From a virus (lineage: Duplodnaviria > Heunggongvirae > Uroviricota > Caudoviricetes), in IMG/VR virus record IMGVR_UViG_3300003332_000015, positions 18,576 through 82,575 of that record: a stretch of 64,000 nucleotides of DNA; one strand, written 5' to 3'. This document shows, one piece after another, positions 36,624 through 44,963 of this stretch. The notes under the pieces were generated by a model. The model saw nothing but the letters and a program-made list of their open reading frames with translations. It made no database searches and was not told where the DNA came from. How positions within the stretch are numbered: position 1 is the first letter of the stretch; the number at the start of each line of letters is the position of its first letter. Made by a program: the position numbers and the translations under genes.

Positions 36624-37352
36624 TTATAAATCTATAGGCTTAGTCATATCAAAAGTTGCTATAACATTTTGATTATGAATAAGTTCTACTTCATCTTGAT
36701 ATGAATTAAAATAAATTCTATATTTTTTATTATATGAGTCAAAAGCTTGCTCATCATAATGGCTTTCTTTAATTAGTTTTTTTTTTTCAGAAACTAATAT
36801 AATTTTATCACCTTTCTCAAGTATAATATCTGTACCTGGTATTGGTGTGTCTTCCTCAACTGTGATAATTTCTTCGTCTTTTTTAGAATCTTTATCATCT
36901 TTAGCATCGTCTTTAGCGTCTGCTTTACGATCATTATCTTTTTTCTTATCATCAGCTTTCTGTTTAGCTTTTTCTTTTTCTCTATCATCTGCTTTGTCTG
37001 TATTAGCAGCCGTTGCTTCTTTTTTCTTATCGTCTTTTTTGTCAGGATCATCATCATCTTTTTTATCAGAATCTTTTTTATCCTTATCATCTTTATCTTT
37101 ATCATCTTTTTTGTCATCTTTTTTGTCATCTTTTTTGTCATCAGCTTCATCGATAACAACTTTTTTAGTATCAGAATCCTCACGAATACCCATACCGTTT
37201 AACATGTCAACAACTTCATCAAAAGCAATATTATAAATCTGTGCTACCATAGAGGAAGCATCTTTAAAATTAAGACCATCTTCTTGTACAAAATCTAAAA
37301 AAGCCTCTTTAACATCTTTATCAAAAGATTTTTCTTTAATTATTTTTCTCAT
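36624..37352 (-). CDS. Scaffold/prohead core-like protein with DDKK repeats and ILEKGDKI module
   Basis: Lies between protease and capsid; Asp/Lys low-complexity core; IITVEEDTPIPGTDIILEKGDKIILVSE at 36786-36869. Confidence 0.6.
   Translation of the reverse strand: MRKIIKEKSFDKDVKEAFLDFVQEDGLNFKDASSMVAQIYNIAFDEVVDMLNGMGIREDSDTKKVVIDEADDKKDDKKDDKKDDKDKDDKDKKDSDKKDDDDPDKKDDKKKEATAANTDKADDREKEKAKQKADDKKKDNDRKADAKDDAKDDKDSKKDEEIITVEEDTPIPGTDIILEKGDKIILVSEKKKLIKESHYDEQAFDSYNKKYRIYFNSYQDEVELIHNQNVIATFDMTKPIDL
37102..37137. repeat. 12-bp tandem repeat (TCATCTTTTTTG x3) encoding (KKDD)n
   Basis: Read directly from the sequence. Confidence 0.9.
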
Positions 37353-37353
37353 C

Positions 37354-38922
37354 TTAGTTCCATCCCTTTCTAATTTTTAAAGGAGAAGATTTGTATTTAG
37401 AAACAATAGTTTGTTTTTCTTCTGCACTCTCTTTAATAATTGGTTTAACCTTAATTGGAGATACATAATCTTCAACTAAATCTCTTAAATTAAGATAAGT
37501 TTTCTGTGCTTCAAATACTGTTCTACACTTCATAATTTCTGATTTAATACTAACTATTTTTGGATTAGCTATTTTAAGGTCTTCATAGTAGTATTGAACA
37601 CTATCTGATTTAAAGTTATTAGCAACTTCTTCTACGACTTCATCTTTTTTCTTGTCATCTTTATCTTTGTCGTCTTTTTTATCAGAGTCCTTATCATCTT
37701 TTTTGTCGTCTTTTTTGTCGTCTTTTTTGTCGTCTTTTTTATCAGGATCTTTTTTATCTTCAGCTTCTTTTTGAAGTTTAAGATTTTCTTTCTTAAGAAG
37801 AATAAGTTCCTTTCTAAGTCTATCTACTTCAGTTTCCTGAGTTTCAGCATAAACAAGTAACTCTTTATACTCTTTAGCAGAAGCCATTGTATTCTTTTCT
37901 GCTAATGCTATTTTATACATTTCAGTTATTTTCTTTTCACGAAGTTTAATATCGTCCAGCATCTCTTTTGCTTTGTCATATTTCTTTTCGATTAAGTCAA
38001 TATTTTTCTGTATATCTAATTTTTCTTTTTTAGTTTCCTCATCTTTGACTTTAACTTCTTCTTTAAGAGTATCAACTTCACCAGCTTTTTCAGCTAACGA
38101 ATAAATTTCTTCATTAAGTGTTTTAATTCCTTCTGTAGCTTCTGTGATATACTCACTAGCAATATCCTCCATACCATCACAGTATTCAAGAATTTCATTA
38201 TAAGCATACACTTTCTCTTTTAAAGAATCAGTTTCATTAACTGCTTTAAAAAGTTGTTTAACACCTAATCTAAGATTTTTCTCTTCTATGGTTAACTTTT
38301 TAGTTTTACTTTTTTCCATAATTGGTTCCCTATCCTTTGTCTCCTTTTTAATATTGTCAATTACAACTTCTTTAATTTCTTCTTTAGTTTTAATTGACTC
38401 CTTTGTTAAATATACTTGATAACTAGGATCAAGAACAAAGTCAAAATATCTTTCTAATTCATAAGATTCAGTAATAATGTTTTTATTTTCATCTACTTCT
38501 CCATAACCTGAAGAAGAAACACCTAAACCGATACCTCTACTTATAATTTTTTCTAATTTAATTTCAAAAGCTTCATCTACAATGTATACATCAGCATACA
38601 GTATACCTTCTTTTATATGAGGATTTTCAGCAACACCAACAATTCTGTCTACTGATCCCGAATCTTCTGGATGATCCTTAAGAGAAAAAGTTTTTTTATT
38701 TTCTTTTACTACTTTTTCACCAAGTGACTCTAAGTAAGTACGTCCATTTAAATTCTCTTCATTAAGTTTCCAAACTGGTACTTCATAAAAAGAAATGGCT
38801 TGATATGTTTTACCTTCTGCTTCTACTATCTTTTTAGTAGGTTTACTATGTTCTGTTAAAGGTAGAACATTGTTGTTCCAGTCTTTAGCGAAATTTTCTA
38901 TTAAATGGAGTTTTTCACTCAT
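37354..38922 (-). CDS. Prohead protease (gp21-like) fused to coiled-coil scaffold
   Basis: NEENLNGRTY...SLKDHP...LGVSSSGYG...FDFVLDPS protease motifs followed by a long coiled coil. Confidence 0.88.
   Translation of the reverse strand: MSEKLHLIENFAKDWNNNVLPLTEHSKPTKKIVEAEGKTYQAISFYEVPVWKLNEENLNGRTYLESLGEKVVKENKKTFSLKDHPEDSGSVDRIVGVAENPHIKEGILYADVYIVDEAFEIKLEKIISRGIGLGVSSSGYGEVDENKNIITESYELERYFDFVLDPSYQVYLTKESIKTKEEIKEVVIDNIKKETKDREPIMEKSKTKKLTIEEKNLRLGVKQLFKAVNETDSLKEKVYAYNEILEYCDGMEDIASEYITEATEGIKTLNEEIYSLAEKAGEVDTLKEEVKVKDEETKKEKLDIQKNIDLIEKKYDKAKEMLDDIKLREKKITEMYKIALAEKNTMASAKEYKELLVYAETQETEVDRLRKELILLKKENLKLQKEAEDKKDPDKKDDKKDDKKDDKKDDKDSDKKDDKDKDDKKKDEVVEEVANNFKSDSVQYYYEDLKIANPKIVSIKSEIMKCRTVFEAQKTYLNLRDLVEDYVSPIKVKPIIKESAEEKQTIVSKYKSSPLKIRKGWN
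37694..37741. repeat. 12-bp tandem repeat (TCRTCTTTTTTG x4) encoding (KKDD)n
   Basis: Read directly; same unit as 37102-37137. Confidence 0.9.
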
Positions 38923-38943
38923 TAGTTTACCACCTTCCTTATT

Positions 38944-38955
38944 ATTATATTAGTA
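38944..38955 (-). promoter_or_regulatory. Putative late promoter
   Basis: TACTAATATAAT upstream of the protease. Confidence 0.7.
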
Positions 38956-38984
38956 GTAGGAAAATAAAAAAGTTTTCATTATTT

Positions 38985-40814
38985 CTAATCTACTAATTGT
39001 TTATCATTTTCTAAATCATCAACTTCTTGTTTAAACATATCTAATATAATTTTTTCTTTATAATTAATTGATCTATCGTTAGAATTATAAAAGTGTCTAG
39101 TTGTTCTTACACCTTCAGTAAAGTTTAATTCTTTTGTAGTATTAAAATATATATCCCTTATAAGGTCATCACTTATTCTTTCGACATACTTAGGAGCATC
39201 CTCTGATATAACATTTTTCTTGTCTCTCATGTAGTTATTAAAGAAACCACCTTTATCTCCAGAATCGTCATCTTTAGGTATTGCATCAACACTAGCATCT
39301 ACCCATGCTTCTACATCCTCAGATGATATAAAAGATAATTGACTAAATACTTGTTTAACTACTTCTGGTGGTAATGCTTCATCTCTACCTAAACCAATAG
39401 CAGTACCAATATTATCTAGTACATCTTTAGCAAGTCGTAAAGTATCGTTTTTAGCACTTATTCTATCTCTACTTTCTTCTACTTCTGGAAAATTCATAGA
39501 TAATTCAAATGGTTCTTCATAATCAAAATCACCAGTAGCCGCAAAATGTAGTCGTACCATTTCTGTTAATGCTTTAAGTATTGTTGACTGTATTCTAAAT
39601 ACTGCTCTTGAAAAAGGTTTATGTTGTCTTAGTAGTGCTTGTCCACTAGTACCAAAACTTCCTTTATCAACTATTAAATAACCTTTAGGAACTCTAGTAC
39701 CCATTATTAATTCATCTCTTAAATATTCTACATCAGCAATTTGATCTAAATTTAAATTAGGGTCAATTTGTGTAAAGTTAAGTTGTCCTGATGCTGTCCA
39801 TATTTCAGAATTAATAACAAATTCTTCCGATCCTGCTTGTGTATTTGCTAAATTATGATATTCTTCTCTTGCTTCATCCACTGCTTCCCATGCTGATGCA
39901 GGGTCAGTATCCCTATCTATTTCAACTTCAAAATGTTTAATAGGAAAGTTAGAACCTCTTGCTAAAGCCATTAAATTTTTAGATGATTGTAATTGTCTAA
40001 AAGGGCCTAAAGAGTTAATCATTAATGAACGACCAAAAGGCCAAAATTCTGATTGTTGAGTTTGTAATCTAAAGTGAGACATATACCAAGGTGGTATAAT
40101 TAAATCACCGTCTAATTCAAACCCGAATAAATATGTTTTAAAGAAATCAGCTAAACTACCTGCGTCTTTTTCATTAAATTGATCTAACATTTTTTGTATT
40201 TTTTTATTTTTATTAGAATAATTTTTCATTGCTTTATTCTTATTCATCTTTTTGTTAGCTTCACTTGCTTTAAATTCAAATCTATCTTTTACTGAAAAAA
40301 CATCTAAAGCAACAAAATCCTGTATACCTGTTCCTGCTTCAACTGGTGTAATACGAAAAGCATCACCATATAAACAAACATCCCAAGCTAAATTTCTAAT
40401 TTCTTCAGCATCTATTTTAAGGCGAGTAAATAGTTCATCTATATACTTTTTAACTTTTGTATCTTTTGCATCAACTAGTATTACTGTTTCACCTTGATCA
40501 GCTTGTGGTGTTTCATCAGCAAAAAGATCGACAGTCATAGAGAAAATAGAGTTGTTATACCAAGCAAACTGTAGTGATGAGTATCTATTAAAACGATTTT
40601 TTAAGGAGTTTGAGTCTTCAAAAACATCTGATAACCATAGTTTATATAACTTGTCTAAATCAGGAGGTAAACTTATATTTTTAGGGGTTGTTTTTTTACC
40701 GGGATCTTTTTTAGCAGGTACAACAGTTGACTGTTGAGATACCTTACTTGTTTCCATTCCAATACCAAATAGATTTTTTAATCTATTGGTAAATGTTTTA
40801 TTTGATTGTGCCAT
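38985..40814 (-). CDS. Portal protein (gp20-like)
   Basis: FWPFGRSLM...FRQLQSSKNLMALARGS...DVEYLRDELIMGTRVPKGYL...F.RAVFRIQ. Confidence 0.92.
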   Translation of the reverse strand: MAQSNKTFTNRLKNLFGIGMETSKVSQQSTVVPAKKDPGKKTTPKNISLPPDLDKLYKLWLSDVFEDSNSLKNRFNRYSSLQFAWYNNSIFSMTVDLFADETPQADQGETVILVDAKDTKVKKYIDELFTRLKIDAEEIRNLAWDVCLYGDAFRITPVEAGTGIQDFVALDVFSVKDRFEFKASEANKKMNKNKAMKNYSNKNKKIQKMLDQFNEKDAGSLADFFKTYLFGFELDGDLIIPPWYMSHFRLQTQQSEFWPFGRSLMINSLGPFRQLQSSKNLMALARGSNFPIKHFEVEIDRDTDPASAWEAVDEAREEYHNLANTQAGSEEFVINSEIWTASGQLNFTQIDPNLNLDQIADVEYLRDELIMGTRVPKGYLIVDKGSFGTSGQALLRQHKPFSRAVFRIQSTILKALTEMVRLHFAATGDFDYEEPFELSMNFPEVEESRDRISAKNDTLRLAKDVLDNIGTAIGLGRDEALPPEVVKQVFSQLSFISSEDVEAWVDASVDAIPKDDDSGDKGGFFNNYMRDKKNVISEDAPKYVERISDDLIRDIYFNTTKELNFTEGVRTTRHFYNSNDRSINYKEKIILDMFKQEVDDLENDKQLVD

Positions 40815-40838
40815 AATTACCCTTTCTTACACTTAGAT

Positions 40839-40850
40839 ATTATATTAGTA
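40839..40850 (-). promoter_or_regulatory. Putative late promoter inside RBS-occluding hairpin
   Basis: TACTAATATAAT upstream of the portal. Confidence 0.7.
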
Positions 40851-40868
40851 CAAGAAAGGGTTCAAATG

Positions 40869-41081
40869 TTAGTAATATTTTTTATGTACTTTTTTAGTAA
40901 AATTGAAAGGGTTATTACGTATAAAACCTTCTGGGATAACTACTGAAGTAGATCCTATAACTTGTATCATACTCATTTTACCACATTCAGGACACTTTAA
41001 TTTTTTAGGATTACTATTAACCATTGGTATGTCAATTTCTTTTAATGTTCCATCTTCTTCACATTTATATTCATATTTCAC
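40869..41081 (-). CDS. FmdB-like zinc-ribbon protein
   Basis: YEYKCEEDG...CPECG. Confidence 0.75.
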   Translation of the reverse strand: MKYEYKCEEDGTLKEIDIPMVNSNPKKLKCPECGKMSMIQVIGSTSVVIPEGFIRNNPFNFTKKVHKKYY

Positions 41082-42061
41082 TCTTCAACTCCTATCAGTT
41101 CTTTTAGCTTTGTTACTATGTTAGTAGGAGTTTTTTTTACTTTAAAATATTGTTTTAAATAATCTGAGATAGAATTAGTTTTTATAACTGTATCTTCTGT
41201 ATCAGTTTCACTGTCAACAATAATTTTTTCTTTAAACCATTCGTGTAAAAAAACATTCTTTTTAATATATTTTTTTACAATAGTATCTTCATCAGGAGCA
41301 TTGTGTACAGTTAATAAAGAATATGTACTATCAAACTTAATATCATCAGGATATGTAACAGAGTAATAATCTAAAAAGATAGGAATAGGTATTAAACCCT
41401 CTTTTTTAGTTTCAAGATTAACTATATTCAATGTTGGTTTAATTCCAGCTTCATCTTTACGTGTTATAGTATTAATACCTACATATTCCAAATCATCAGT
41501 AGGTATATGGTAATGTCCCATACGAATTTTAGTATTTAACATATCTAAAGATATTTCTTCACCAAATCCATTTTTATGAAAGAAGTGACCAAAAGTATAG
41601 TCATAGTCTGTTTCACTTTTACCAATTAAATTTATTAAATACTTTTCATAATATTCAGACATTTTTAAATTATCAAACTTACCATCAGGAATACTAGGTA
41701 AGAATAAACATTTTAAATCTTTAATGTGTATAACCTGTGGTTCATATATAATTTCCATATTAGGTAATTCTTGTAAAGGATCAACAGCATAACAATCTTT
41801 ACTTCTATTATACTCATGTAAACCATTACCGACTAACATGTACATTTTTTTAAATTTTAACTTACTGAAAAAATTTATCGCTAAAGCATTCTCTTTTGGT
41901 GAAGGTTTTTTTCTATGGAAGAAATCACCTACATGTACAAAATAGTTATTTTCATTATTAAAACTCTGACTAGCGAACCAATCAAAGTATTGTTCTTTTA
42001 CTGATAAAAAGGGTTCCTCATCTCTTGTATGATCATCCCCTGCAATAATTAAATCTGACAT
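41078..42061 (-). CDS. Recombination nuclease subunit (gp47/Mre11/SbcD-like)
   Basis: IAGDDH, HVGDFFH, VGNGLHE, FGHF, MGHYH metallophosphoesterase motifs. Confidence 0.85.
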   Translation of the reverse strand: MSDLIIAGDDHTRDEEPFLSVKEQYFDWFASQSFNNENNYFVHVGDFFHRKKPSPKENALAINFFSKLKFKKMYMLVGNGLHEYNRSKDCYAVDPLQELPNMEIIYEPQVIHIKDLKCLFLPSIPDGKFDNLKMSEYYEKYLINLIGKSETDYDYTFGHFFHKNGFGEEISLDMLNTKIRMGHYHIPTDDLEYVGINTITRKDEAGIKPTLNIVNLETKKEGLIPIPIFLDYYSVTYPDDIKFDSTYSLLTVHNAPDEDTIVKKYIKKNVFLHEWFKEKIIVDSETDTEDTVIKTNSISDYLKQYFKVKKTPTNIVTKLKELIGVEE

Positions 42062-42071
42062 TTACTCTCCT

Positions 42072-42725
42072 TCAAGCAGTAACTTTGTAATATAACTTTT
42101 CTATTTTATCTAGTTTAAGTTTTATAGAAGCTGCTGTATAACCTACAAACTCACCAATCTCTCTTAATTTGTAACCTTGAGATCTATATTTAACTATTTG
42201 TTTTTGAGTTTCATCTAAATACTTATTAATAAAGTCCTCAAAATTTACAGTGTAAATATGATCATCTTCTTTTCCACTAACATTCTGTATATAGTCATGC
42301 ATGAACTCAGCATGATCAACACCTTCTGACATAGTATTTTTAGCAAATACATAACTCTCATTTAAACCAATAAACTTTTTATGAGAGTCTTTACTATCTA
42401 ATTCAAAATACAAAAATCTTTCTTTTTTTGTATAACGATAATTAATTTCATTTCTTATGAAATTATTAAAGTGTACATAAAAATAAAATTTGTTAGGATC
42501 TTTAATTTTATCTATTTTAATAAAGTCTAAAGCCTTTTTAAATAAAACATAAGAGTCTTGTACAAAATCTTCCAAGTCCTCATGACCAAAACCAATTCTA
42601 AATAACATAGTTTTATGTTTACCTATTAGTGGTTGGTACTTTTCCCATAACTGACATTCAGCTAACTCAACTTCTCTTTTGTTAGTACTTTCTTTAATCT
42701 TTTGTATTAAACAGTAATCACTCAT
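42072..42725 (-). CDS. Phage RNA polymerase sigma factor (sigma70/ECF-like regions 2 and 4)
   Basis: LWEKYQPLI...DLEDFVQDSYVLFKKAL...F; LDETQKQIVKYRSQGYKLREIG HTH. Confidence 0.85.
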   Translation of the reverse strand: MSDYCLIQKIKESTNKREVELAECQLWEKYQPLIGKHKTMLFRIGFGHEDLEDFVQDSYVLFKKALDFIKIDKIKDPNKFYFYVHFNNFIRNEINYRYTKKERFLYFELDSKDSHKKFIGLNESYVFAKNTMSEGVDHAEFMHDYIQNVSGKEDDHIYTVNFEDFINKYLDETQKQIVKYRSQGYKLREIGEFVGYTAASIKLKLDKIEKLYYKVTA

Positions 42726-42775
42726 TTTTTTTGTTTTACTCCTTAAAATAGATAATAATATGTAGAGGGTAAACC

Positions 42776-43216
42776 CTACACTTTTTTTGCATGTTCAGTC
42801 AACTCATCCTTGGTCATTTTCTTTACAGAAATTGAATCTTTTCCAGTACCAGTATCTTTCTTATGTAGTGCAATAAGTTTATTACCTTCTGGTAATTTTT
42901 TCAATTCAGCTGCTACTACTGTAACAATTTTAAGAAAATCATCATTTGACAATTTGTTAAAAATCTCAGATGCTGGAATTGTTGTTTGAGTCTTACCCTG
43001 AGTATAAACAATTTTCTTCTTTTGTTCAAGAAAATACTGTTCAGGTTTTACACCATTTTTAAATAAGTAGTTAATCAAAGTATCCATACCAAGTTTCACT
43101 TTCTCTTTAATTTCATCTAAGTGTATAAGTGATGCATACACTTCTTCCAATGATAATACAGTAACTTCTTTTTCTATGAAATTACTAATCCGCATCATCT
43201 CCGCTTTCTTACTCAT
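42776..43216 (-). CDS. Hypothetical protein
   Basis: Coupled ORF in the small-gene array. Confidence 0.6.
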   Translation of the reverse strand: MSKKAEMMRISNFIEKEVTVLSLEEVYASLIHLDEIKEKVKLGMDTLINYLFKNGVKPEQYFLEQKKKIVYTQGKTQTTIPASEIFNKLSNDDFLKIVTVVAAELKKLPEGNKLIALHKKDTGTGKDSISVKKMTKDELTEHAKKV

Positions 43217-43518
43217 TTAATTTTCTCCTCTAAATCTTTTATTGTTATATTAAAATGTTTATAACTTAAACTTGGTCCATTACTACAATAAGTATAACTT
43301 TTGAAAGTTTCACGTTCACCAACCTCAACATTAACAGGTGTAAACGGTATATAATTATATATCGTTTTAGTATATTTTTTTAATTTTGAAGTAAACTTTT
43401 TGGCTTCAGTTTTAGTCAAAAAACCAATACCATTTTCTTTTGAAAGAAGAACACGATATCGCTCTCCATACCAATTATCTGATATGTAAAAACTAACTGT
43501 TAAAACTATGTCTTTCAT
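43213..43518 (-). CDS. Hypothetical protein
   Basis: AAGGAGG SD upstream. Confidence 0.65.
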   Translation of the reverse strand: MKDIVLTVSFYISDNWYGERYRVLLSKENGIGFLTKTEAKKFTSKLKKYTKTIYNYIPFTPVNVEVGERETFKSYTYCSNGPSLSYKHFNITIKDLEEKIK

Positions 43519-43676
43519 ATTTCCTCCTTTTTCTTTTTCAATACAATCTTACCAACTTCTTTAACTTTTCCATTTTGAATAGTTAATTTAGAATAACTTG
43601 TGCCACTGTCATTAAGTACAACAGCGACAACATTATCTTTACTTTTATTAGTTACTTTAGAAGTTTGTGCTTTCAT
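43515..43676 (-). CDS. Hypothetical 53-aa protein (below ORF-track cutoff)
   Basis: MKAQTSKVTNKSKDNVVAVVLNDSG...KKKKEEI; fills the gap and overlaps the next start by ATGA. Confidence 0.6.
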   Translation of the reverse strand: MKAQTSKVTNKSKDNVVAVVLNDSGTSYSKLTIQNGKVKEVGKIVLKKKKEEI

Positions 43677-43677
43677 T

Positions 43678-43908
43678 TTAATCACCACTCTCTTCAGTTT
43701 GGTATACTTGATGATCTCCTAAATCAAGTTCTTCAATAGTCCAGTTTCCAACTACTGTATTAGGGTACTTTTCTAAACATAATCCTAAAGCAACACTTTC
43801 TGTTTCAGCTTTAACAATACAACCATATGATTGGTATGCACCATATCCAAATGTATCATAATAATTTCCTGTATAAAGTTTCATTTCATCCATTACAATA
43901 CCTTCCAA
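43678..43908 (-). CDS. Hypothetical protein
   Basis: Small acidic ORF in the early array. Confidence 0.55.
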   Translation of the reverse strand: MEGIVMDEMKLYTGNYYDTFGYGAYQSYGCIVKAETESVALGLCLEKYPNTVVGNWTIEELDLGDHQVYQTEESGD

Positions 43909-44204
43909 TCTTTACCAGGTTCTTTGTACTTCATATAAGTACAACCAGCATTCCAAGTTGCCCAATCAAGTGGTTCAAAAGCATTTTCTCCATCATCCAT
44001 CAAATGCTGTGTCATCCATCCACTGTAGTATAACTCATTATCGTCGTCATATAAACGAATTGGAATTATCATATCAGGAGTTTTTTCTGAGATTTTTTCA
44101 ACTCCTTCCAAGTGGTCAACTGTTATACACCAATGTGCTTTTACATAGTGTGTTCTAACTTCTTCGTTAGTTTCTAAATTATCTAAAGTTGCTTGTATGT
44201 CCAT
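43893..44204 (-). CDS. Hypothetical protein (RLYDDD.ELYYSG...PLD...AGCT type)
   Basis: GGGAGG SD; motif that I recall from small phage proteins. Confidence 0.6.
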   Translation of the reverse strand: MDIQATLDNLETNEEVRTHYVKAHWCITVDHLEGVEKISEKTPDMIIPIRLYDDDNELYYSGWMTQHLMDDGENAFEPLDWATWNAGCTYMKYKEPGKDWKVL

Positions 44205-44213
44205 ATTCCCTCC

Positions 44214-44588
44214 CTATTCTATTACTGACATCATATGAGTGAAAACAGCTTTTGTTTCACATCCAATATAATATTGTATCATTTTAAGTGTTACAGACTT
44301 ACTTGTATAGTAATGTCCAGCCATCCATTTTTTCATACAGTTGAATTTTGAGAAATATGTCTGTAAAGTTGAACGATTAATATGATGTATTTCTTCTAAA
44401 TAATCTGTAAGTTTATCATAATTTATATAATCTTCAGATTTAATCCATTCTTCCTGTCTGTATACCTCTTCCATTGGTATACACTTTGTTGATTTTGATC
44501 TGATGTTTCGTTTTTTAATATTTTGTGAAATACATGATGCTGAAACATTCCATCTTTTTGCTAAACTACCTTGATTAATTACTTCCAT
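44214..44588 (-). CDS. Putative helix-turn-helix DNA-binding protein
   Basis: QGSLAKRWNVSASCISQNI HTH; AAGGAG SD. Confidence 0.55.
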   Translation of the reverse strand: MEVINQGSLAKRWNVSASCISQNIKKRNIRSKSTKCIPMEEVYRQEEWIKSEDYINYDKLTDYLEEIHHINRSTLQTYFSKFNCMKKWMAGHYYTSKSVTLKMIQYYIGCETKAVFTHMMSVIE

Positions 44589-44654
44589 TATTTTCTCCTT
44601 AAAATTAAAGTTTAAACAGGGGGTTAATTACTGACTCCTAATTTAATCTGTAAT

Positions 44655-44879
44655 TTAACAAGGAGGTAAATTACCACCATATCCACAAAAATCACACATT
44701 ATTCCTTCACAATTTCTACATGTTAACATTTGTTCGGGAAAATCTTTTATCATATGTAAGTGTTCTTCAGACTCTTCTTTATCTGATGTTCCCCAAGGAT
44801 TTACAATTGTACTTGCAGTAAGTATATCCTTTTCTACTTCTTCTATGTACTGTTCCATTGTTACTGTATTTGTTTCCAT
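44655..44879 (-). CDS. Hypothetical early protein with Cys cluster
   Basis: AAGGAG SD before ATG 44879; CRNC..CDFC. Confidence 0.55.
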   Translation of the reverse strand: METNTVTMEQYIEEVEKDILTASTIVNPWGTSDKEESEEHLHMIKDFPEQMLTCRNCEGIMCDFCGYGGNLPPC

Positions 44880-44909
44880 TCTGTTCTCCTTTATATTTAA
44901 CATACTTAT

Positions 44910-44938
44910 ATTATAGTACATTACTACAAAGAACACAA
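44910..44938 (-). promoter_or_regulatory. Host sigma70-type early promoter
   Basis: TTGTGT - 17 nt - TATAAT with upstream A tracts (44941-44962). Confidence 0.75.
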
Positions 44939-44963
44939 GGTTTTTTTTAAATTTTTTTAAAAA

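Noticed and set aside
37060-37750. Tandem repeats as a possible CRISPR array
   Set aside because: 12-bp units without spacers, in frame within coding regions, encoding KKDD.
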